Shown piece after piece: positions 34,096 to 43,279 of a stretch of 64,000 nt of DNA. Position numbers and translations under genes: made by a program. The stretch's first letter is position 1. Each line of letters begins with the position of its first letter. The stretch comes from an uncultured Chitinophagaceae bacterium (GTDB taxonomy: Bacteria > Bacteroidota > Bacteroidia > Chitinophagales > Chitinophagaceae), in NCBI GenBank assembly GCA_963762655.1, contig CAVXLU010000005.1:2062760-2126759 (forward strand). Reading direction: 5' to 3'. The notes below the pieces were generated by a model, which was not told the DNA's origin, searched no databases, and saw nothing but the letters and a program-made list of their open reading frames with translations.

Positions 34096-36576
34096 ATGAG
34101 CATAAAGGGAAATACAATGTTGAAGATTCTGATGGCAATTTTTTTACTGGCAGTACCGGGTATGATCTCGTTGTATGCGCAGGATGGCGGGCGGACGTAT
34201 GCCACCAGGCTTTGGTACAATAAGCCGGCAGTGAACTGGAACGAGGCCCTCCCACTCGGTAACGGCCGACTTGGGGTGATGATATATGGGGGAGTGTCCT
34301 CCGGGCTCATCGAGCTGAATGAGGCAACGCTGTGGTCCGGTGAACCAAGCAATTGGAATACACCCGTGACAAAAAAATACCTTCCACGCATCCGCAAAGC
34401 GGCGCTGAGCGGGCAGTACAAACTGGCCGACAGCCTCTCACGACTCACTCAGGGGCCTTATACTCAGTCATACATGCCAATGGCTGATCTCCGTATTGAC
34501 TATGCTCGCATGACCGATTCCTCAGACTATGTCCGCGAACTTGACCTGGACAGCGCGATATCCAAAGTAAGGTTCAGTAATGGCGGCCATAGGTTCACAA
34601 GAACTGCCTTTGTAAGCCACCCCGATCAGGCCGTAGTGATGGATATTGCAGGAGACGCCGCGGGACTTATGAATTTTACTCTCAACCTCAGCAGCAAGCT
34701 CTACCACAGGGTTCGCGTGATTGAACCCGGTCACATCATTCTTAGCGGGAAGTGTCCACGACAGGTAGAACCCTTATACCGCAAGGTCCTGGAATGGCAG
34801 GCCGTGCAATATGATCCCTTCGATGGCATGAAGTTCGAAGTGCACCTGCGTGTGAAGAACCGCGGGGGTTCGATGAAAACCGTGGGCAATTCAATTGTCG
34901 TGGAGCATGCGGACGGCGCAACGATATATATATCGGCGGCAACTACCTTCAATGGTTTTGATAAGTCGCCCTCGACGCAGGGAAAAGATGCGGCAGCCGA
35001 AGCGCTTCGTTATCTCAACGCTGCTGCAGCCAAGAGCTTTGAAGAATTGCTGTCCGCGCACGTCGCAGACTATCAGCCATTCTTTCGCAGGATGAGGCTC
35101 AACCTGGGCGCCAGCCCAAATGCGGCGCTGCCAACGGACGAGCGCTTAAAAAAAATGAAGGAGGCTACAGACAACGAAATGGTAGCACTGGTGGCCCAGT
35201 ATGGAAGGTATTTGTTGATCTCGGGATCCAGACCCGGAGGGCAACCGGTAAATCTCAAAGGGATTTGGAACAACAGGGTGCGGCCAGAATACAGTTCTAA
35301 CTGGGCCCTCGACCATGATGCCCAGATGTGGTATTACCCTGTTGAAACCAATAACCTTTCCGAAATGCACGAACCTTTTCTGGAATTGATCGGGGAACTT
35401 GCGGTGAACGGGACAAAAACCGCGAAGGTAAATTATGGGATGAAAGGCTGGTGTGCCCACCACAACACGGATATCTGGCGCCTTACCGGATCGGTGGGCA
35501 ACTATGGAGAAGGTAATCCACACTGGGCTTCCTGGAATCTTTCCAACGCCTGGCTCAGCAGTCATTTGTATGATCACTATCTCTTTACCGGAGATGTTGA
35601 ATTTCTCAGGAAAAAAGCCTGGCCAGTGATGAAAGGCGCCGCGGAATTTTTGCTCGACTGGCTGGTGAAAACCAAGACAGGAATTTATGTTTCGGTTCCC
35701 TCTGTTTCTCCCGAAAATACTTTCATCACGGAAAAAGGTGACACTGCGCAGATCAGCGTAAACTCAACCTGTGACATCGCGCTGGCAAAAGAATTATTTA
35801 CGAATTGCATAGAGGCCGGCAAAATATTAAAAGTTCCGCGTCCCTTCCTGGATGTGCTGAGGGGAAGGCTCAGCCATCTTGCCGTCTACCCCATCGGTTC
35901 AAAAGGGCAATTGCTCGAATGGTCTAAGGATTGGAAGGCGGTCGACCCTGCTCATCGGCATCTGAGCCACCTGTATCCCGTTTTTCCCGGTAGCGAGATC
36001 TCGCCTTTTCTTACACCAGAACTGAGTGCCGCCGCCTCGCTGGCGCTTTCCATGCGCGAGCCCACCAACAGCACCTGGGGATTCTCATGGAAGGCCGCTT
36101 GCTGGGCGCGGCTGGGCAAGGGCGACAGTGCCTGGTCGGAACTAAGCCGGCAGATACGCTATGTTGACCCTCAAAGCACCTCCAGCCAGGATAATTATGG
36201 ACTCTATCCCAACCTGTTCAGCTCTGAGGCGCCTTATACGATTATGAATGGGAATGGCTGCGCCACCGCGGTGATCACCGAAATGATTGTGCAGTCACAT
36301 ACCGGCATCATCGACCTGCTCCCAGCAATGCCAAAAATCTTCCCGGAGGGAAAAGTTGAAGGCCTGCGTGCACGGGGGGGCTTTGAACTGAGCATATCAT
36401 GGAAAAAAAATGTGCTCGAAGAGGCGAGAGTTGTGTCCAAATTGGGAAAGCCCTGCAAAATCAAGTCTGAGAAACCCGTCAGCGTATATGAGAATGATAA
36501 GCAATTAAGGTTGCAACCCGTGAAAAACATCTACAGTTTCAACACAAAGAAAAACGCTGTTTACGTCATAAAATAA
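34096..36576 (+). CDS. glycoside hydrolase family 95 (alpha-L-fucosidase-like)
   Basis: ORF 34069..36576. The ATG at 34096 or 34117 is the likely start and gives a signal peptide. The N-terminal WYNKPAVNWNEALPLGNGRLGVMIYGGVSSGLIELNEATLWSGEP is the GH95 hallmark. Confidence 0.85.
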   Translation: MSIKGNTMLKILMAIFLLAVPGMISLYAQDGGRTYATRLWYNKPAVNWNEALPLGNGRLGVMIYGGVSSGLIELNEATLWSGEPSNWNTPVTKKYLPRIRKAALSGQYKLADSLSRLTQGPYTQSYMPMADLRIDYARMTDSSDYVRELDLDSAISKVRFSNGGHRFTRTAFVSHPDQAVVMDIAGDAAGLMNFTLNLSSKLYHRVRVIEPGHIILSGKCPRQVEPLYRKVLEWQAVQYDPFDGMKFEVHLRVKNRGGSMKTVGNSIVVEHADGATIYISAATTFNGFDKSPSTQGKDAAAEALRYLNAAAAKSFEELLSAHVADYQPFFRRMRLNLGASPNAALPTDERLKKMKEATDNEMVALVAQYGRYLLISGSRPGGQPVNLKGIWNNRVRPEYSSNWALDHDAQMWYYPVETNNLSEMHEPFLELIGELAVNGTKTAKVNYGMKGWCAHHNTDIWRLTGSVGNYGEGNPHWASWNLSNAWLSSHLYDHYLFTGDVEFLRKKAWPVMKGAAEFLLDWLVKTKTGIYVSVPSVSPENTFITEKGDTAQISVNSTCDIALAKELFTNCIEAGKILKVPRPFLDVLRGRLSHLAVYPIGSKGQLLEWSKDWKAVDPAHRHLSHLYPVFPGSEISPFLTPELSAAASLALSMREPTNSTWGFSWKAACWARLGKGDSAWSELSRQIRYVDPQSTSSQDNYGLYPNLFSSEAPYTIMNGNGCATAVITEMIVQSHTGIIDLLPAMPKIFPEGKVEGLRARGGFELSISWKKNVLEEARVVSKLGKPCKIKSEKPVSVYENDKQLRLQPVKNIYSFNTKKNAVYVIK

Positions 36577-36600
36577 GGTGCCTTATCATGTCCGAAATCC

Positions 36601-36608
36601 TATATTTG
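36601..36608 (+). promoter_or_regulatory. candidate -7 promoter element TATATTTG upstream of a small ORF
   Basis: Exact TAnnTTTG match 39 nt upstream of the ATG at 36647. Confidence 0.3.
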
Positions 36609-36646
36609 TGTAGTTGGTCATTTGGCCTAACTTATTAAAACATACC

Positions 36647-36766
36647 ATGAATAATTTTTTCAGAGCACTTATCGCTGGTTACGGAGCAAAAAAACTCGGC
36701 GGAGGTTGTTTCGGAACAATCATTGTCTTTATCATTATCTGGTATGCTTTAGGCCATTGTAACTGA
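36647..36766 (+). CDS. candidate 39-aa small membrane protein
   Basis: Below the ORF-track size cutoff. Hand translation gives MNNFFRALIAGYGAKKLGGGCFGTIIVFIIIWYALGHCN*, with one clear TM segment. A promoter-like motif lies upstream and a histidine kinase gene downstream. Confidence 0.35.
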   Translation: MNNFFRALIAGYGAKKLGGGCFGTIIVFIIIWYALGHCN

Positions 36767-36864
36767 TATTTAAGCAGCGGAATTTCCCAGGCGCAGGCGG
36801 ATCCTGAATTATTCATGATTTGAAAATTGCTGTATTGGCAATACAAACCCCTACTAAAAGATCC

Positions 36865-38868
36865 ATGTCCATGTTAACCGGAGGAGGAGAAACCGGAAAG
36901 CTCATCCGTGCGCACGACTGGTCCGATTCCTCACTCGGCACACCCGACAACTGGCCTCAGAGTCTCAAAACTACACTCAGCATCATTCTTCATTCCCGCT
37001 TTCCCATGTTTCTGTTTTGGGGAACGGAGCATATATGTTTTTACAATGATGCCTACCGGCCAAGCCTGGGCAACAACGGAAAGCACCCCGATGCCATCGG
37101 GCGCAAAGGACATGAGGTCTGGCCCGAGATCTGGGATTTCATCAAGCCATTGATCGATCAGGCCATGATCTCGGGCGAAGCCACCTGGCACGAAAATCAG
37201 TTTTTACCGATCTTTCGCAATGGGCAAATGGAAGACGTTTACTGGACCTTCAGCTATAGCCCGGTGAATGATGAATCCGGCTCTCACGCCGGCGTGCTGG
37301 TCACCTGCACCGAGACTACCAACAGCGTACTCGCACTCACCAGTATGCGGGAAAGTGAACAACGCTTCAAGAGCCTGATCAACCAGGCAACCGTGGGTGT
37401 TGTTGTGCTGATGGGCAAAGATTTGAAAATAGAAATTGCCAATGACAAATATTGTGAGTTGATCCGCAAGCCGAGAGAAATGCTCATTGGCAGGAATTTC
37501 TTTAATGTTCATCCCGAGGCAGAAGTAGAGTTCAGGCCGATCATCGAAGAAGTATTTCTTACTGGCAGGCAACTTCATCTTTCAGAAAATACTTTCTGGG
37601 TTAAGCAGGACGAGGAACAAATGCCCGTTTTTATGAACCTGACCTACCAACCCTATAAGGAACTCAATGGTAAGATCAGCGGGGTCATCGTTCTGGTCAC
37701 CGACGTCACTGAACAGGTGAATGCGCTGCGTAAGATCGCCTTCGAGGAAGAAAGGTCACGCCTGGCTATTGAATCTGCGGAGTTGGGTGTTTTTGAAGTA
37801 GAGCTCCAAAGCGACAAGATACTTAGCAATCCGAGGTTCGACGCCCTTTATGGATTTTCGCACCCCGTCACCAGAAATGAATACGCGGCAACCCTCATCC
37901 CGGAAGACCTGCGACTCAGAAACAGTGCCATTGCGAAGGCACTGGACAGCGGACATCTCGCGTATGAAGTAAGGGTGAAATGGAAAGACGACTCAATTCA
38001 CTGGATCAAGGTCGATGGGCGGGTGTTCAAAGACGAAGATGGCAAGCCGGTGAAAATGTTGGGAGTTGTGCAGGAAACAACCGAACAGAAAAGAAACTCC
38101 GAGGCACTTGCAACGCTGGTAACAGAACGTACCCGCGAGCTTAGTGAATCAAATATCCAGCTTCAGAATATCAATTCCGAATTGCAGCAGTTTGTACATG
38201 TAAGCAGCCACGATCTGCAGGAACCACTGAGAAAGATTCAGACCTACGTGGAGATGATCAACCTTCGCGATTATGACAAACTAAGTGAAGAGTCCCGGAA
38301 TCATTTTACCAAGATCAGCTCCGCCGCCGGCAGATTAAGCGCCTCATTAAAGGGCCTGCTCGATTTCAACAGTCTCAACCGCGAGGAACAATATGAGGAG
38401 ACGGACCTGAATACGATCGTGGAGAATGTCCAGTCGGACCTGGAACTGTTGATCGAACAGAAAAAGGCAAGGCTGATCGTGCAGCCACTCCCGGTTATCC
38501 GTGCCATCCCGGTACAGATGCATCAACTGTTGTACAACCTCGTAAATAACGCGCTTAAATTCTCCAAATCGGATGCAGAACCGGTAATCAGAATCGAATG
38601 CGGCGAGTCGGCAGCAAAAGATGAAACCGATTACCTGAAAACGTACTACCACATAACGGTGACGGACAATGGAATAGGCTTTGCTCCTGAGAACGCGGAA
38701 AAAATTTTCGTCATTTTTCAACGACTCCACGACCGTCGCTCGTACAGTGGCACCGGCATAGGTCTCGCACTCTCCAGAAAAGTGGTGCAGAACCACAATG
38801 GCAAAATCTGGGCTGAATCACACGAAGGCAAGGGCGCAAGCTTCCATATTCTCATCCCCAAAGGATAA
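36865..38868 (+). CDS. PAS-domain sensor histidine kinase (cytoplasmic, no adjacent response regulator)
   Basis: ORF 36820..38868 with a likely ATG at 36865. Several PAS/PAC-like segments are followed by the H-box FVHVSSHDLQEPLRKI and ATPase N/G boxes (NNALKFS, DNGIGF, GTGIGLA). Confidence 0.85.
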   Translation: MSMLTGGGETGKLIRAHDWSDSSLGTPDNWPQSLKTTLSIILHSRFPMFLFWGTEHICFYNDAYRPSLGNNGKHPDAIGRKGHEVWPEIWDFIKPLIDQAMISGEATWHENQFLPIFRNGQMEDVYWTFSYSPVNDESGSHAGVLVTCTETTNSVLALTSMRESEQRFKSLINQATVGVVVLMGKDLKIEIANDKYCELIRKPREMLIGRNFFNVHPEAEVEFRPIIEEVFLTGRQLHLSENTFWVKQDEEQMPVFMNLTYQPYKELNGKISGVIVLVTDVTEQVNALRKIAFEEERSRLAIESAELGVFEVELQSDKILSNPRFDALYGFSHPVTRNEYAATLIPEDLRLRNSAIAKALDSGHLAYEVRVKWKDDSIHWIKVDGRVFKDEDGKPVKMLGVVQETTEQKRNSEALATLVTERTRELSESNIQLQNINSELQQFVHVSSHDLQEPLRKIQTYVEMINLRDYDKLSEESRNHFTKISSAAGRLSASLKGLLDFNSLNREEQYEETDLNTIVENVQSDLELLIEQKKARLIVQPLPVIRAIPVQMHQLLYNLVNNALKFSKSDAEPVIRIECGESAAKDETDYLKTYYHITVTDNGIGFAPENAEKIFVIFQRLHDRRSYSGTGIGLALSRKVVQNHNGKIWAESHEGKGASFHILIPKG

Positions 38869-39087
38869 TCTGCCGCCCAGGCTGAACCCAGTCTTGTAAG
38901 TTAATTTAAATAGCCAGCCTCGTCCCCGAGCGAATGGTTTAAATACAAAACATTCCGGCCGCAAAGCAGCAATGTAACCTTTAAGGTAACCGGAGTTTGG
39001 TTGCTGCAAGGTTAGCTGTTGCTTTACAACTTTTTATCTGCCTGTTGCTCTATCTTTATTCACTTTAAATCAAACGGGTATCTGCAG

Positions 39088-40530
39088 ATGGGCAATGAAG
39101 TTTTCGATGCAATTGTGGTAGGCTCAGGACCCAACGGACTGGCTGCAGCCATCACGATGCAAAGAGAGGGGTTGAACGTACTGCTGGTTGAAGCCAGGCC
39201 CACTGTCGGGGGAGGACTGCGAACAGCTGAGCTTACGCTGCCCGGCTTCAGACACGACATCTGTTCAACCATTCATGGGTTAGGTGTGATCTCTCCGTTT
39301 TTCTCTACACTGCCCCTGGCCCGGCATGGACTCGAATACGCCTACCCGGAAATTGCTGCCGCGCATCCCCTGGACAACGGCGCAGCAGGTGTACTTAAGG
39401 GGTCGGTAAATGAAACAGCGGCGCTACTTGGAGAAGACGGCGATGCGTACCGCAGCATTATGGCCCCCTTGATGCATGACTGGCCCCAGATCGCTGGAGA
39501 TATCCTGTCGCCGCTTAAATTTCCCCGTCATCCCCTGGCTATGGCAAGGTTTGGATTAGTCGCTCTCCGTCCGGCCACACATCTGGCAAAGCGATTTAAG
39601 ACCCCCGAGGGAAAAAGCTTGTGGGCCGGCATTGCAGCTCATTCGATTCAACCACTCTCCAATGTTGCCACCTCCGCATTTGGCCTGGTGCTGGCGGCGT
39701 CGGCACATTTATGCGGCTGGCCTGTATCCAAAGGAGGATCGCAATCCATGGCCAATGCTTTGCTATCTTATTTTTCTTCTTTGGGTGGTCAGTTTCGACC
39801 CGACCTTGAAGTGGGTAGCCTCTCCCAACTTCCTTTTGCCAAAGCGATCCTGTTCGACCTTACCCCAAGACAGCTGCAAAGAATCGCCGGTGAGAGATTT
39901 TCCGGTTGTTACAATCGCCAGCTTTCAGGCTACCGTTATGGTGTTGGAGTTTTTAAAATAGACTGGGCCCTCGATGGGCCCATACCTTTTATCAATGAGG
40001 ACTGCCGTAAGGCCGGCACTGTCCATCTCGGAAACAGTTTTGAAGAGATTGCAGCCTATGAAAAAGCAATCTGGAGCGGCGACCTCAGTCACAAACCATT
40101 TGTGCTCCTGGTTCAGCAAAGCGTGTTCGACAGCACCCGGGCACCTGAAGGAAAGCATACTGTCTGGGGTTACTGTCACGTACCGCATGGTTCAACAACA
40201 GACATGACCGCCGCAATCGAGGCGCAAGTTGAACGTTTCGCGCCCGGGTTCAGCAAACTGATCCTGGCAAAACATACGATGAACACCGCGCAACTCGAAG
40301 CCTACAACCCAAGCCTGGTAGGCGGAGACATCAATGGAGGTGTGATCGACATCACCCAGCTTTACACACGGCCAGCGCTGAGGTTCTCACCATACCGGAC
40401 TTCCGCGAAAGGGCTGTACATCTGTTCCTCATCTACACCTCCCGGTGGGGGAGTTCATGGCATGTGCGGGTATCATGCGGCAAACCGCGCATTGAAAGAC
40501 ATCTTTAAAATAAATATTTCAAAATCATAA
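39088..40530 (+). CDS. phytoene desaturase family / NAD(P)/FAD-dependent oxidoreductase
   Basis: ORF 39019..40530. The ATG at 39088 gives MGNEVFDAIVVGSGPNGLAAAITMQREGLNVLLVEA (FAD fold). Confidence 0.8.
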   Translation: MGNEVFDAIVVGSGPNGLAAAITMQREGLNVLLVEARPTVGGGLRTAELTLPGFRHDICSTIHGLGVISPFFSTLPLARHGLEYAYPEIAAAHPLDNGAAGVLKGSVNETAALLGEDGDAYRSIMAPLMHDWPQIAGDILSPLKFPRHPLAMARFGLVALRPATHLAKRFKTPEGKSLWAGIAAHSIQPLSNVATSAFGLVLAASAHLCGWPVSKGGSQSMANALLSYFSSLGGQFRPDLEVGSLSQLPFAKAILFDLTPRQLQRIAGERFSGCYNRQLSGYRYGVGVFKIDWALDGPIPFINEDCRKAGTVHLGNSFEEIAAYEKAIWSGDLSHKPFVLLVQQSVFDSTRAPEGKHTVWGYCHVPHGSTTDMTAAIEAQVERFAPGFSKLILAKHTMNTAQLEAYNPSLVGGDINGGVIDITQLYTRPALRFSPYRTSAKGLYICSSSTPPGGGVHGMCGYHAANRALKDIFKINISKS

Positions 40531-40536
40531 TTTATT

Positions 40537-41796
40537 ATGACGGCAATCAATAAAAAATTTCAACTACATGAAGACTGGGCCATCGTCGTACTCGGGTTCC
40601 TGATCATTGTGCTCATGCTTGCCGGTGTCGCATACCCCGTACCGTCATACAGCTGGGGAAGTGGATCTGAGTTTCTGTCAACCATTCTTTCAGCGGGCAA
40701 CCTCGTCGCCCTGGGACTGCAATATTTTTTTGTACTGATCGTCGTTTTTCTCGCGGCATTGCTCACGGGCAAACCGATCAGCAGGCTATTGATAGTTTTC
40801 ACTACGGTTTACCTGTTGTCCATCATCGCGATGATATTGGCTGGCAGCAAACAGATCAAGATCCTTAATCTCGAATCGGTGATCTTCAGCCTGACGATCG
40901 GTCTGCTCATTGGTAATACCATCCGTCTGCCCGATTGGTTCAAAACTGCATTATCAGCGGAATTGTTTGTTAAAATCGGCCTGGTACTGCTGGGCACCGC
41001 GATAATATTCGGCGACATACTGAAGGCTGGCTCCTTTGGTCTGGTGCAAAGCCTGGTAGTGGTGATTTCGGTCTGGTATTTTGCATATTGGATTTGCGGC
41101 AGACTGAAAATAGACAAGGAGATGACGATGATGATTTCCAGTGCCGTGTCGATCTGCGGCGTATCCGCTGCCATTGCTACTGCCGGCGCCATCAAGGGCG
41201 ATTCGAAGAAACTCTCCTATGTGATTTCCCTGGTACTCGTTACGGCCATACCTATGATGATCGGCATGCCCTATCTGGCCCGGTATTTCGGATTGTCGCA
41301 GGAAGTGACAGGTGCCTGGCTGGGAGGAACCATCGATACAACGGGAGCGGTGGTGGCATCCGGCACACTGGTAGGAGAAACGGCATTAAAGATCAGTACC
41401 ATCGTTAAGTTTTCACAGAATGTGTTGCTGGGCATTGCTGCCTTTGCCATTTCCATCTACTGGACATTCCGGGGGAACAAAATGGAAGGAAAGGAACAAG
41501 AGAAGCCAAGTCTTCGGGTAATCTGGGACAGGTTTCCGAAATTTGTTCTGGGATTTATCGGCGCGTCCGTGTTATTTTCATTTTTTATTCAGCCAGAAAC
41601 CGCGGCGGGAGTGAAGGACGGTCTTAAAAATATCCAGACGCTCTGGTTTGTGCTGGCATTCACCAGTATCGGTCTGGAAACAAATTTCTCCGATCTCTTC
41701 ACACAGGAAAACCGCAAACCACTTTTCGGTTTCCTTATCGCCCAGATTTTCAACATCATACTTACTCTTGGCATCGCCTGGTTGCTGTTCCATTAA
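40537..41796 (+). CDS. YeiH/UPF0324 family putative sulfate exporter
   Basis: 419 aa, polytopic, with the SSAVSICGVSAAIATAGAIKG segment typical of the family. Confidence 0.7.
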   Translation: MTAINKKFQLHEDWAIVVLGFLIIVLMLAGVAYPVPSYSWGSGSEFLSTILSAGNLVALGLQYFFVLIVVFLAALLTGKPISRLLIVFTTVYLLSIIAMILAGSKQIKILNLESVIFSLTIGLLIGNTIRLPDWFKTALSAELFVKIGLVLLGTAIIFGDILKAGSFGLVQSLVVVISVWYFAYWICGRLKIDKEMTMMISSAVSICGVSAAIATAGAIKGDSKKLSYVISLVLVTAIPMMIGMPYLARYFGLSQEVTGAWLGGTIDTTGAVVASGTLVGETALKISTIVKFSQNVLLGIAAFAISIYWTFRGNKMEGKEQEKPSLRVIWDRFPKFVLGFIGASVLFSFFIQPETAAGVKDGLKNIQTLWFVLAFTSIGLETNFSDLFTQENRKPLFGFLIAQIFNIILTLGIAWLLFH

Positions 41797-41908
41797 TGCA
41801 CGTATTCTGCCAATCTTTGTTCACTGCTTAGCATGGAGATACTGAGCCGTTATTATTTTATTTAGTTTCGGAACATTGCGGAAATAAAACTTTCCATCCG
41901 AAATTAAA

Positions 41909-43279
41909 ATGAGCGTCATGCCAGGAAGATTAATACTAATACTTATTTTATTTACCAGCCATCTTGCCCGGGGTCAGTTTTCCATAAGTGCGAACAAAAG
42001 ATTCCTGACCAAGGATGGGAAACCATTTTTCTGGCTCGGCGACACTGCCTGGGAATTGTTTCACCGGCTGACCCGTGAGGAAGCCGACCGCTACCTTCAA
42101 AAAAGAAAGGAACAGGGTTTTACCGTAATACAGGCGGTTGTGCTTGCTGAAATGGATGGGATTCGCAAACCAAATGCCTACGGACACCGGCCCCTGCTTA
42201 ATGAAGATCCTTCCACGCCGGATGAAAAATATTTCGAACACGTGGACTATATTATCGACAAGGCCGACTCCCTTGGAATCAACATCGCCCTGCTTCCTTG
42301 CTGGGGAGACAAGATCGACAAGGGAAGATGGGGAAAGGGTCCCGAAATCCTGAATAAAAAAAATGCGGCTGCGCTGGGTACCTGGCTGGCAAAACGTTAT
42401 AAAAACAGGACGAATATTATCTGGGTATTGGGCGGCGACAGAAATCCACGGAGCGATGCCGATGTTGCCATCTGGAACGCCATGGGCAATGCCATCCAGC
42501 AGGCAACAACCAACAAGGCGATCATTTCTTTCCACCCAACCAGTGGCGCCTACAGTTCGGCGGAATGGTTTCATAAACAAAACTGGCTGTCGTTTAACAT
42601 GTTTCAGACAGGTCACTGCCGGGACGAAAAGGTGTACGACAAGATCGGCGCGGTTTATAATCTCTTACCGGTTAAGCCGGTGATGGACGCGGAATCGATC
42701 TATGAAGATCATCCCATTTGTTTCAATGCCAAAGACCTTGGTTTATCAAATGCATACGACATCCGCAGACTGGCCTACCTCGATTTATTCTCTGGCGCCT
42801 TCGGTCATACCTATGGATGTCACGACGTATGGCAGATGTATAGTCCACGTGAAGAATCGATCAACGGCGCCACTAAATACTGGTTCGACGCGCTTGATCT
42901 TCCCGGTGCCAATCAATTAAAATATGTAAGAAGGCTGATTGAAACGCATTCCATGGCCGACCGTGTGCCCGACCAGTCGATCATAAAAGAAAATAATTAC
43001 CCGCCTTCTCAACGAATCCAGGCCACCAGGGGGAGAGATTATATTTTTGTTTACACTGCAGAAGGATTGCCGTTTACACTGATGCCCCGGAAGATTTCCG
43101 GACAGGAGTGCACCGGCCATTGGATGAACCCGCGAGATGGTTCCGTGAAAGAAGCAGGAAAAATTTCCTTGTCTGCTCAAAAAGTGATGATACCACCCAC
43201 AACAGGCTATGGACAGGATTGGGTGTTGGTGATAGAAAATGAGCACTACAAAAACTCAACCGCCGTCAATTCTTTTTAA
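41909..43279 (+). CDS. DUF4038 / GH140-like glycoside hydrolase
   Basis: 456 aa with a signal peptide. DGKPFFWLGDTAWELFHRLTREEADRYLQKRKEQGFTVIQAVVLAE is the typical DUF4038 N-terminus. Confidence 0.75.
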   Translation: MSVMPGRLILILILFTSHLARGQFSISANKRFLTKDGKPFFWLGDTAWELFHRLTREEADRYLQKRKEQGFTVIQAVVLAEMDGIRKPNAYGHRPLLNEDPSTPDEKYFEHVDYIIDKADSLGINIALLPCWGDKIDKGRWGKGPEILNKKNAAALGTWLAKRYKNRTNIIWVLGGDRNPRSDADVAIWNAMGNAIQQATTNKAIISFHPTSGAYSSAEWFHKQNWLSFNMFQTGHCRDEKVYDKIGAVYNLLPVKPVMDAESIYEDHPICFNAKDLGLSNAYDIRRLAYLDLFSGAFGHTYGCHDVWQMYSPREESINGATKYWFDALDLPGANQLKYVRRLIETHSMADRVPDQSIIKENNYPPSQRIQATRGRDYIFVYTAEGLPFTLMPRKISGQECTGHWMNPRDGSVKEAGKISLSAQKVMIPPTTGYGQDWVLVIENEHYKNSTAVNSF

